Source: Gnetum montanum (Eukaryota; Plantae; Gnetophyta). Taken from it: a DNA stretch of 64,000 nt. This document shows, piece by piece, positions 14,001-25,626 of this stretch. The stretch's first letter is position 1, and every line of letters begins with the position of its first letter. The position numbers were made by a program, and so were the translations under genes. The stretch spans positions 217,448-281,447 of the forward strand of contig MNCI01001625.1 in NCBI GenBank assembly GCA_015680685.1. The letters are read 5' to 3'. The notes beneath the pieces were generated by a model. The model did not search any database, had not been told where the DNA came from, and saw only the letters and a program-made list of their open reading frames with translations.

Positions 14001-15092
14001 GAAAACACTTACCTACTAGCATAATGCATGACGCTAGGTGGATTCTGAAAATAGATTGTGAGATGACGAGCCACGAACAATGTGTTGTAGGCATGATAAC
14101 AATCAAACCTGGGCATCTCCTAGATCCAAGATAAATGCCTCAAACGCTTGATGCTCTATTCGTGGTCTTTTCCCCTCATGATCTCGATTGAGCTGTCCAC
14201 CAGAAACATTAAGATACCCTGCATTGACCCAACCAGTAGCATCTCCAGAATGGCGATGGTTGTCTCAGTCCGTAGATGTGACCAAATAATTCTGCTGAAA
14301 TTACATAACAAAAACTACAAGAACTCCCATGCATCTTTCCAGAACCAAACCACCTCTTCCCCTACATGAGCATGGGGAGGAGGAACATTGGCCGTGGGGA
14401 CATGTAAATAGCACAGAATGCCCACAATGTCTAGGATGATCAAGACGGGCCTTAGCGTAACCCTTTACAATGAAATGCACTACCATTAGAAAAGTAGTAT
14501 AGACATATCAACAACGCTGCAACAATCGAGGTTCTCATTACCTTGACTCCCAGAAAATTACATGTTATGCTAAAGATGCATTACCAAAACTGTGCAAACC
14601 CTTGCGATGGTGCAAGGTTAGTCTCTGACAATGGTGATAAAGGTAACATCGCATATTGCCCTAGTGTAACATGAAACCATCGTGGGCAAGGCAATGAAAC
14701 CCCATTTGCATTATACAAGAGTACAAAACCTAGAATCCTGACCAGTTGCATATTGTGTTTACACAATATTGTCCAAAATCACCCAAACCCTTGCGAAGAT
14801 GTAAGGTCTATCTCTAACAACAGCGATAGGGGAAATATTACAAACTCTAGTTGTGTAACTAGCATAGGCAAGTATCGACACCCAATGCAATGCACATCTT
14901 CGGAAAAAATACAATTACGATGTTGTGACAATGAAAACAACCATCATACAAAGAAGGTAAAAAAATGACTTACTGGGCAAGTGGAGTAGCCTCCCGAGTT
15001 TTGACTCGAGCCTTTGAAATTCACCCCAAGCTTTCCTGCACTTCATCGATCCTCACCAACTTAGCATGTTTTCCTTTGATCTTCGGTGCCAT
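11030..15092 (-). pseudogene. Spliced antisense accessory gene of element A: FCP1/NIF-like phosphatase domain + PMD-like domain + coiled-coil tail (decayed)
   Basis: Predicted exons 15092-14974 (MAPKIKGK..), 14462-14013, 13926-13603, 13541-12919, 12839-12494, 12372-12169, 12027-11937 and ~11812 to the gap. GTAAGT donors at 14973, 14012, 12918, 12493 and 12168 with phase-compatible AG acceptors. Homologous exons at 36207-39567. The frame in exon 5 and the last acceptor are uncertain. Confidence 0.8.
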
Positions 15093-15638
15093 GGTCACAC
15101 CTGAATAATCTTTGTAAAATCATCTACTTATGCTTTCCTTCTGCTTCAGCCTATCTCAGCCTCGCGATGTTTACAATTTACTTTGAGGACAAACCATCTA
15201 GTTATGAAAGTAATGATGAAAACTTGCCATTTTCATGTCCAATTAACGTGGAAATTTACCAAAACGTAGACATGTCAGTTTGACATGAAGCGTGGAGATC
15301 GTACCATTAATCTCATAGATATCACATTGATGATGGTCTGAAAAGACCCTAAACTAATGCATAGGTTATCATCTCATAATCTTGTTGCATTAACTATGGT
15401 CTACACAAAATCATAAATTAGCTATTTTGACATGCTAGACATGCCACATTATACCCTTCATCATAGTTGGCAGAAACCTTACGCTAATACCTAGGAAACC
15501 TGGCTTGCTGTTTTCTTGCAAACTGTGTACATTGTAATGGTCCACTAAGACCTTAAACTAGTAACCTTTTTGACACATACCTTTAAAACCTTCTACCATT
15601 GCACCATGTTGATAAAAATAATGTAACGACTTCTATTC

Positions 15639-18600
15639 TTGGCGGTTTTGTATGTCAATTCGCAAATGGACGAAGCTTTACTTTCACCCCTAGCCATAAC
15701 AGGCCCATATGGGAAAATTTTTAGGCAGCTTGATCTTGCAATGATAGGAATTGATGCTTCCTCCTATTACATAACCATAGCAGCCTTAGAAGTATCCCTA
15801 GACTGGCCTGAACATTTGGCCTGAATCCTAGACTTGGAGGTTGGTGATGTGATCAAGGATTCCCTCACTGAGGTCTCTATGATTATGCACAAAGGGGAAA
15901 GAAAAACTCTAAAGGTTAGTTCCCTCCCTGACCAACAAATGCAGAGCGATATATCTCAAGTGCTCCAAGATAACATTACAATGTTTTCATGATCATATGA
16001 AGACATGCCAGGTTTAGACCTACGACTGATACAACACAAGATCGTGTTAAACCCAAATATCAAAGTGGTTAGACAGAAAGCACAAAAGATTAACCCTGAA
16101 ATCATGTTAGCAGTGCATGATGAAATCCCCAAGCTATATTAGGCTAGTTTCATCCATGTGGTTGATTATTGGGATTGGGTGTTAAACATTATTGTTGTTT
16201 CTAAGAAAATGGGAGGAATACGCATTTGTATAGACTTCCATGATTTCAACAAAGTAGCGATTAAAGATAATTTCCCATTACCAGGTATTGACCAACTTAT
16301 TGATACAACCACTGGACATGCGTTAATATCCTTCATGGATTATTTTTTTGAAATATAATCAAATCTGTATCAACCCAGAACGTCAACTGAATACAACTTT
16401 CATGACCCTCTGGGGAACTTTCTGTTATACCATGATGCCCTTTAGGCTAAAAAATGCTGAAGAAACTTATCAATGCACCATGACATATATCTTTAGAAAT
16501 TACCTCTTAGAGAGCTTGAACGACTATGTAGATGACATAGCTGTTAAATCTAGGAAGTCGGAAGATCACCTAAAAGACCTAGAGTTAATCCTTAAACGAT
16601 GTCTTAGGCACGACCTAAGGCTCAACCCTAAAAAATGTGTATTCAAAGTTGAAACTGGATGCATGTTGGGGTTTGTAGCATCAGAGGCTAGCATACAAGT
16701 CAACCCTGACAAGGTTAAGGCCATTGTTAACCTAACACCACCTACAAACCTCAAGGAACTACGTGGGTTATAGGGTAGGTTACAATTGATTAGGAGGTTC
16801 ATCTTGAAGTTGACAGACAAATTACATCCTATGCAACATTTGCTCAAGCAGGGGGTTAAATTCAAATGGATCGAGAACTGCCAGTGTGCATTTGACAATC
16901 TAAAAGAAGAGCTGCTACATTTTTCAATGATTTTTCCACCACAAAGGGATTAGCCTTTCTACATCTACCTGGTGAGTTCAGATGTATCTATAGCTGCATT
17001 GTTGTATCAAAAGAGGGATGACGGGTTAGAAATCCCTATCTATTATCTAAGTCATGCTCTATTCACATACGAAATAAGTTATAATGAAGTAGAGCATAAT
17101 TTTTTAGCATTGGTTTTTGCACTCAAAAAATGTAGACACTATATTTTTCGTATGCAAGTTAACATAATTTGCAAGAATAACATTTTACGCGCAATCACGA
17201 ACAATTTATATGAGAGCAGTAGGATAGCCTGCTGGAAAGCCATCATAGCAAAATTTGACTTGCACTAGCTGGTAACATCACCTGTTAACAATCAGGCCAC
17301 GATAGAGCCTGAGTTTCCTAATGAACATGTACATAGTTTAAGCCCTGTATCAACAGGACTCGAAGCGAAGTTATACTTTTTTGGAGCTTTGACTACTAAG
17401 GGCAGAAGTGCCGCCACCATCATTACACTTTCCCCTAAGGATGTTCGCCCATTGGCTTATTATCTGGTATTTCCTTGTATGAACAATGTGGCAGAATATG
17501 AAGGACTCCTCAGGGGATTATTGGCAACCAAAGAACTAAACATCCAACACCTAGCAATCTGAGGTGATTCGATGCTCATTGTCAATCAAATCATAGAAGT
17601 CTATGACTGCAAAGCTGTGCATTTATAGACCTACTAGGATATGGCTAAATATCTTTTGAAACAATTCACAACGACTAACATCCAACACATGCCGCGTAAT
17701 AAGAACATTGTAGCTGATGTACTAGCTACATTAGCTCTAAACAGGGTACCACATTTGTTTGCCACCTGGCCTGCTTTAATGTTGGAATGTACAGATCTTG
17801 TCATCCAAGTAGTGAAAATCTCTTTTCTAACTAGGGAAGGGATGCCAAAATGGTACAATAACATTAAAATCTACCTTCTACATGGCGAACCACGACACGA
17901 GTTAACGCCTGCACAAAAAGACGCAATCTGCTAGCGTGCCAGGTAATACGTAAACATCGGAGATAGTACTCTATGTAGATGCTCTTTTGATGGAATATCA
18001 TTAACCTACATTAATAGTAACCAAGCACAAAGGATAGTTAGTAAAGTCCATGAGGGCCTATGTGGAGGACACATAGCCCCGTGAGCCATGGCCGCTAAAA
18101 TTAGATGCTTAGGGTATTACTAGTCGTACATGGAATGAGATTTCCTTACCAAAGTTAAGATATGTGACACATGCCAGTGTTATGTAAATCTAATACATGT
18201 GTCACCCACTAAGTTACATACCACAAAGATCACTTAGCCATTCCAACGATGGGGACTAGACATCATAGGCCTCATCACGCTTAAGTCTTCCACAGGACAT
18301 AGCTTCATAGTTACTACCACCGAGTACTTCACGAAGTGGGTCAAGGCTATTCTCCTATGAAAGACTACATCTCAACAGGTCTGCCATTTTATCTTGGATA
18401 ACATAGTAATAAGGTTTGGGCTTCCCATGACTATTGTGACCAACAATGGACCACAATTTAGTAGCACTGAAACAAAATCATTTTTCAATAACCTTGATAT
18501 TAAACAATCTTTTTCCTCACCTTATTACCTGCAAGAAAATGGTCAAGTAGAGGCAAAAAACAAGATGGTCATCAATTTACTAAAGAAAATGCTCAGCAGC

Positions 18601-19070
18601 AACAAGAAATGATGGCATAAAAAAATCCTCTATGTGCTATGGGCCTATCATACGACATGCAAAACATCTACCAGTAGGACATCCTACAGCCTAGAAGCAG
18701 TGCTGCCTCTTGAACTATAGGTTCCCTCACTGTGAATGAAACTCTTCACGGTTATAAATGAGACTCAACACAGCAATTCCAGGATAGTGGATCTAGACTC
18801 AATGGAGGAGAAATACATCCAGACACTTGAAAACATCGAAAAATATTAGGACAGGTAGAAGTAGAAGCATCATCGCAACCTACATCAATGACCGATTAAG
18901 AAAGGAGACTTATTTCTTAAGGCAGTTTATCAACTAGTGAAAAAATTCTTTGCAAGCTAGGAAGGCCCCTTCCTGGTCGTCGATGCATACGGCAATGGAG
19001 CATTCAGGCTAGCGGACATTGATGGCAACGAACTTCCAAATCCAGTGAATCACATGTACCTGAAGTAGTA
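15639..19070 (+). pseudogene. pol: pol of element A: RT, RNase H, additional (archaeal-type) RNase H, integrase
   Basis: RT: IRICIDFHDFNK, YTMMPFRLKNA, YVDDIAVKS. aRH: NNVAEYEGLLRGL..GDSMLIVNQ. INT: HEGLCGGH, TEYFTKWV, YLQENGQVEA. Confidence 0.95.
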
Positions 19071-19101
19071 CCACAGCTCGGCTCAAACACAAAGTAATAA
19101 A

Positions 19102-19495
19102 CATCCGCTACAATGTAAAACTAGCATTGTAACAAATTTTTGCTATGACATAAAACTAGTGGTGTTGTACTCATCCACTACGACATAAAACTGGCATTTC
19201 CTGCATGCGTCTACCATGATGCTAAACTGGAAAAATTTTCGACCGTTCGGCACGACGTGAAACTGGCAAGGTAAGCATCCATTTGCTAAGATGTTAAACT
19301 AGCATATACTTGTCCCTAGGTCATGACACAAAACTGACACCCATAGTACAATATGCTGGGACCATAAACTAGCTCTTCCACCATCCGCTACGACGTAAAA
19401 CTAGCACGCTCCAGTCTACCCAAATTTTAAATCGGGACCATGGTCTGATGGGACTTAAAACCAGCAACAGCGGTCTACCAGGAATTAAAACTAGA
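19102..19495 (+). repeat. Array of ~12 short hairpin-motif repeats (~30-36 bp period) in the 3' UTR of element A
   Basis: Consensus ~GTCYGCYA-CGACGTAAAAC-TRGC separated by 4-12 bp of variable sequence. Confidence 0.85.
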
Positions 19496-20680
19496 ATTTT
19501 CCAATAGATCCATGAAGTAAGAAACCTTGATCATTCTTGTGCAACATCCCTATTAGACAGAATAGGTAGGATATTGGAATAGACACAACATTGCTACCCT
19601 CTTGGTATCCTACTGATTCCTTGAATATGCCGAAAGGCATACTACTGACCCCTCGGAGATGCTGCTATGATGGCCACTCTATAGTTGTAGCTCCAAGGGT
19701 CAGCATCGCCACTTGGAGCCCCAAGGAAGCTATGATCATCCATAACCTTGGTCACCTCCAGCCATCATCGCCATTGGACTCTAGCTTAGTAGATTCATCT
19801 AACTAGCTCCTTAACTAACGAGATGGATAAGATGAATCTGGCTATTGACAGTGAATTCCTGAGCCATGGTGTCAACAAAGGGACCAGTGCCTCTTGCTAT
19901 GGTTCCTTCTCCATGGCCTGCACTCTCCTTTTCTCTTTAGACGGCACTTGTTTCAATAGCCTCCCTAATGATTAGGATGATTTCTTTTGTTCTCTCTTCT
20001 TTGTTACATTTTGTAGGTTACTTGCTATGATAGCGTTACTCAAAAATGCATTCACTAGGAGGGCGAGGTGTCACAACATTCTGATGTGGCCGCATGAACT
20101 AGCTTGACTACTTGGGAGTGTGGACCCTACCCTTTCCCCCACTAGGCACCTTATCTTACTTTCTCCTTTCATTATCTTTACAACTGCACTTACCTTCTCC
20201 TCCTATTTGTACAGAATCTGAGCATATCAACATTTTTTTTGCACCTGATAACCATCACATCCATAGATTGGTGTAATGCAATTCGCCTCATGGAAAGAAT
20301 TTTTATTCCCCAAAAAAAAGCGAGTGGGCAAAGCTAGGCAAAATGGATGAAACACAACTCATCTAGGCCATACGAGCATAATCCAACTCATCCAGGAAAG
20401 CCCTGCATATACAGTATAGAACCTCTTGGGAAAACACCCACAAGAAGATGTCTAATAACATGTTTGGAAAGTATCCTACTCATGCTTGAGTCTTCCCTGA
20501 ACCTCCCTTCCTCACAATTGTAAAATCCCTCTTCTGCTCCTTACGCTCCCAACCTTCATAGTTCTAGGTTTGATAGAGCGACATCCAAGCAGCAGCCAAT
20601 GGACAATGTTGGTATCTTTACCTCTATGGTGTTTTGTATTCTTTTTCAACATCTCTCGAGCAAGCCCTCCAAACATCAAC

Positions 20681-20693
20681 AAAGAGGAGCCAT
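20681..20693 (+). other. Polypurine tract of element A
   Basis: AAAGAGGAGCCAT immediately before the 3' LTR. Confidence 0.7.
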
Positions 20694-21949
20694 TGAAACA
20701 CCTTGAAATTTCAAGACCTTGATGATTCAGCAAAGTCTTGAGGCTTAGGCAACGATTTTCAACAAGTGGCACATCTCAGCAAGTTTTCTTTTTTTGGCTA
20801 AGGGCTTGCTACGCTACACTATGCAATGCAGTGTAATAGAATCCAGATATATGAATAGAATAAGGGATTCATAGTGGCAACAGTTCAGCTTTGCAAATTA
20901 GCCATGTTCAAAAATCTTAACCTTTTCCGTACTACATCATGTTACGCTATGTAGCATAATGCAGTGTAAAGAAACTAGTGTAGTGGACTTATCCGCATCA
21001 ACGAAGATAACGGAATTTAGTTAGTATTAGTCACTACGCCATGACATGCTTCCTAGCATATCATAGCATAGTCACGAGACAGTTTGTTCAGTGCAAAAGA
21101 TAAGGCCAAATGAACTATTTTCTTGAAGGATGGTTACGCTATACTACGCTTCATAGCGTAATGTAGCGTAACACCACAAGCTTCAACTACAGCGCATCAA
21201 GTCAATGGCATTTTTTGGGCCCAAGACACGCGTCATCTAAACCATGTTTTTCTCCTAACCCTAATCTTATAAATGCTCCAGTTGACAATGATCAAAGGGT
21301 TGGCAATGGTTGGCAATTTTTAACATTATTGGTAAGAAATTGGTGAGACGATGAGAGAGTTGGCAATAGAAGAGCATCGACAGTGACAGAGAGAAGCTTT
21401 TGGGTCAAATATTTAAAGTTAGCAAACATCTTGCTTCAAGCCTAACTCCCTTATGCCTAAATTGGCTAGTGAACAAGGTAGATTGACCTTTTCTTGTTTC
21501 ATCTTTGAATAGCTTCTTGTTCTTGGCATGCACTTCGTCTAAACTGAAGTCCGCTTGCAACCATTGTATTCAACATATTTGTCTATAAGTTCAATCCTAG
21601 ATTTTGGGATCACACATTCTCCAAAATTTGAGTTGTTGCATTTTATTTACATTGATTTTACAATCATTTTGCATTTTTTACATTGTTATCACTACCTTCA
21701 AGATTCGATGATGGAGCAGATCTCATTTTCTCATCAACCAATATTATACCCTCACATTGAAATTTTCATCTCATGATCCGATCATTGCAAAATTTATTGA
21801 TTAAGTAAGTCCTTGTTTGATAAACAAAACTGTTGAGGGCACCTCAGATTCGTTTTCTCCAGCACAGACCTTGCACGGATACGAGGTTGAAACTATGTAC
21901 ACGAAAATCCACTTGGTGTTTCTAGCAACCGACATTTTTTATCGTTACA
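20694..21949 (+). repeat. 3' LTR of element A
   Basis: Direct repeat of 5304-6541, followed by the TSD CCCAC. Confidence 0.95.
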
Positions 21950-22099
21950 CCCACTACTGGTTCTAACAACCACACAAAGAGAAGACCTTTCTTCAAAACC
22001 AACAACCCAAACAAGCTCTCACAACCACAAGAGGTTGAGCCTCCGAACATTTCTCCGTCAAATAAGGCTTCAGAGCTCCCTTCAAACCAAAACAGAAAA

Positions 22100-22630
22100 C
22101 TCAACGTATACTATTATGTTAACACATACTATCACTGATTGGATCAAAGAGGGCCACCTTCCCAGGAAATTATCTGATCCTAGAAGTCCTTTAATCTATC
22201 TCCAAGTCGCTAGGAATGAACCATGTAAAGCTCTTCTGAACTTAGGTTCTGGAGTCAACTTAATATCACAAGAGATGTATAAAGCCTAGAATCTGCCTCC
22301 ACTAAAGAAGAGTAATATTCACTTAGATCTGGATGACTAGTCCATCACTGTTCCCTTGGGACTAGTGGAGGACATTGTTACCACTGTGTGTGGGTGGTCA
22401 TACCTAGCTAATTTCCTAGTCAACAATGATAAACGGGACTTCCCATTAATAATGCAAAGGGCATGGCTAAGTACCGTGAATGCGTGCCTAAGAATCCGCA
22501 ATCTTTCCTTGGAAATATCTAAGGAAAACACTTGTGGAAAGATCGAGAAGAAGAAAGTTCCATGCATCACGTACAGTGATACAGGGTGTGATTGCGTACA
22601 GGAATGTTTAGCATTTCCTGCATGCAATCG
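22100..22630 (+). pseudogene. pro: Athila-type aspartic protease (disrupted)
   Basis: LPRKLSDPRSP...KALLNLGSGVNLISQEMY...GLVEDIVTTVCGWSYLANFLV..PLIMQRAWLST; the sister copy has LLDLGSKVNL. Confidence 0.85.
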
Positions 22631-24803
22631 GTGTGCACCAGAGGTTAACATACAAAGGTGCTTGTATGTAGCAACCACACAACAAGAAAACACCTAGTGG
22701 TTGACAACTAATCAAGAGAGAAACTCATGAATATGCATGGAACTAACTAGGGGACCAACTTGTGGCCACATTGAAAGCATAGATACACTTGAGCGAGAGT
22801 GTTGCCAACTTCCAACCCTTAACCTGAAAACATCGGTAGATGGAAGTTGGACTCTTCTAAAAAATTCAAACAAGTGCTCCGATAAGAGATTACTAGTCCA
22901 TGTGCAATAGACCAACACTTATGTTGAATCTAGAATGGTCAATGCACATCATACCTCAAAGACGAGAAGACCCTACTCATCATTTTGGATCTCCCCCTTT
23001 CAATTCATTCATGGGGGAGATGGCCACCTATGCTAACCATTTGTGGCCCTCAGTTTCTTTTTATGTTTTTGTTTTGTGCATTTTTGTTTTACAAATTTCT
23101 TTAACATTTCTTGTTTTTGTTTTGCAACATCGTTCATACTTCTTTGTTTATTTATGTGTTTATTTATTTTTTTTTGTTAAGGTTTGTTACTTAATAAGTG
23201 CTACGAAGATAGTATGAACTGTATTCCATTGATTACTAATGTTTGGTTTTTACCTTTGAGTTATGATGTTGATACTAAGGTATGGTTTCTTTTTATATAA
23301 TAGGCAATGAGTCCATTTCATCTATACATCCATGAATTTCTATGATCTCTCTTGGCTTGGAACTGTACAATCCCTTTCTCAAAAATAAGAACTATCAATG
23401 AATCGGTGACTGGGCATTTCTCAAACTAAGGAAGGACTCAAGGATTGAAAAGGATGTGACTTCAAGGGAAATTGAAGAATTTGTGTTAGCCATTATCTTA
23501 GGTGCTTTTATGTTTTCTTCTTGAGTCTTCCGTACCATTTCGATGTGGCTCCATTATCGGGAAGCTAAGCTAATAAAAATAATAAGTCTTTTCATGGTTT
23601 GGTTCTCATCCCAAAAAAAAAGTGAGGATTCAAAGCACATCCCTTAGATGGAATAATCATCTGGGCTACAAGAACTAGTTATGGAACTAAATAAACATGT
23701 TCCCTCTAACTAAGGTCCTTCTTGTTTCCTACTTTCTCCTTTTTCATTTCGTCAGAATGGTGGTGACTCTTTGGCGGAAGCATTCTTGTTATTTTAGGTG
23801 GATGGATTGGCCAAATGTATTAATGCAAAGTCACTGGTTGTGGTTGGTTTGAGGCTAAATTTGGAATGAGATCTACTAAGTCATATTAACCATTAACAAA
23901 CAAGGGGCTGTACACCACCTTATTCTTGAGACTTCATTCCATTCTCTTCTTTCCATCCTTCTTTCTCCATTTTTCACCTCATTGTCAGTTGTATCAGTAG
24001 TTCATATCTTGGTTGATGAATTTTTTTCTTTTTGGTAAATTATTGTGGTTAAGACTTTAACTCTTTCTTCTAAATGACATTTCTTTCCCTTAAACATTTC
24101 CACAATCACCATTTATTTTGTTCATCTCCATCTTTAACATCCATTTTATCAGTGTTTCCATTGTTTCTTTCTCTCCATATTTCTTATTCCTTACCTTTTT
24201 CCATTCTCTTGCTACCATAGGTTTGCTCTCAGTCATGGGGGTTCTAGTCCAATTTTTTCGATTTTCTCCTAACCCCTACACCTTTGGTAGTCACCAATAT
24301 TATATATCTAGATCTACATTCGCCATATCACAACTCAGCCAATGGACCTTACACTGAGGCAAGGTATTAACTACATTGTGATTTATTTACCCTTGCTAAT
24401 ATAAGACTGTGTTATGTGTGTATATGGAAATCATACAACAATGGATTGGATCTGGAGGGAACACTTGGAATGGACTGGTGCTGAAGTGGTTATGCAAGGA
24501 ACAAGATTGATGACGTGCTTATGGATGGACAAAAAAAAGTGGAATCTTAGCATCGGTAGCAATAGAATTGTTCTTTTCTCTCTCTTTTCTCTCTTCTCTC
24601 TCATCTTCCAAATAAGGCTGGATGTCAAATGTGTATAGTGTTCACTCTTGTTGTCATGAACACTAATTTTGTCATGTTTTGTAATGATGATCCATTCACA
24701 TGTCACCCTATCTATCATTAGTTTCATTCAAGTTAATAATCCCATACCTTTCCAATATTTTGTAAAAAACTTGAGGATGAGTTTTCATTTAGTCATGGGG
24801 ATA

Positions 24804-25626
24804 TGATGAGCCGTGATATCGCGTACACAATATTGCAGTCACGATATCGCATCGGCCCCTACAATATTGTGTACACGATATCACAGCCCATCGCCAGTTC
24901 TATAAATAAGAGGCAGCTTTCCCTTATTCAATCATCTAGATTTAGACCCTTAGCCAAACTATAGTAGTTTTACGATTCCAGAGTTAGAATAATTTCCATG
25001 TACTTGTAGTAGGAGTCTTAAAGTGAATGGATATTTATTCGAGCAAATTGTACCTAAGCACACATTTATGTACAGAAATAAAGATGAACTTTCTAATAAA
25101 CATTGTAGCATGTGGACTAAGCTAAATAGGAATTAATTAATGTTAAATGTTTAAATTCTTTCCTAGATAATTAATCTCTCTTAACCCTTGACTCTCCTAG
25201 TTAAGTGCACTCAGTACAACCGCTTCGAGCATGTGTGTAACGCTTGGTAACCCAGAAACAAGTAGCGTTTGGTAATCCTAGTAGTGTTGCATTGGTTCAG
25301 GGTGTGTATGGTAAGTGGGAATGGATACTGATGCTAGGATACTTAGAACTTAGTTAGTGAATCATTAATGAAAGTTAGTCACTTAGTCTCTTCACCATTC
25401 CCTATTAGCATAGGTGAAAAAAGATAAAAGTTGTAAAAATCACATACCTCAAACTTACTTAACCATACAACCATGACAATACAAGTAAGTTTGGGAGGAC
25501 AATGATTGATTAATCTTTAGTGTTCCATTAGGGTGCATAAGCACTTAGTCCTTGGAGTTCAATCGGATCGCACATGCGACGCTCGTATTCGTATGGTTGA
25601 GTGTAGGGGTACCTTGCCACTCATCA
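24804..25626 (+). repeat. 3' LTR of the Athila-like non-autonomous element
   Basis: TGATGAG...CTCATCA termini; preceded by an Athila-like CTTGAGGA…GGGGA tract; TATAAATAAG at 24901; homologous to 59209-60002 (-). Confidence 0.9.

Larger units (their letters stand above)
5304..21949 (+). mobile_element. Element A: full-length (16.6 kb) Tat-clade Ty3/Gypsy LTR retrotransposon with Ogre/Retand-type domain order
   Basis: Paired LTRs TG...CA; 5-bp TSD CCCAC (5299-5303 and 21950-21954); tRNA-Asn PBS; PPT; gag-PR-[spacer]-RT-RH-aRH-INT. Confidence 0.95.
3172..25626 (+). mobile_element. Non-autonomous Athila-like element (gag + protease only, TR-GAG-like), split by element A: pieces 3172-5303 and 21955-25626
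   Basis: Reading frame joins across element A (…NAMRAITLQPT | TGSNNHTKRRPFFK…), matching the uninterrupted copy at 56535-56789. No RT/RH/INT between the protease and the 3' LTR. Confidence 0.88.

Noticed and set aside
14295-14310. Apparent splice acceptor TTTCAG inside exon 2
   Set aside because: Protein homology with element C runs uninterrupted through this point.
19440-19470. Hammerhead-like CTGATG…AAAC
   Set aside because: Only one unit has CTGATG; no GAAA core or stems I/III. It is a variant of the hairpin repeat.
19102-19495. CRISPR-like repeat-spacer appearance
   Set aside because: Repeats are degenerate, spacers only 4-12 bp, no cas genes, and the context is a eukaryotic retrotransposon 3' UTR.
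22900-24730. Hydrophobic ORFs as an Athila env-like gene
   Set aside because: They derive from T-rich low-complexity sequence, are short, and show no homology support.
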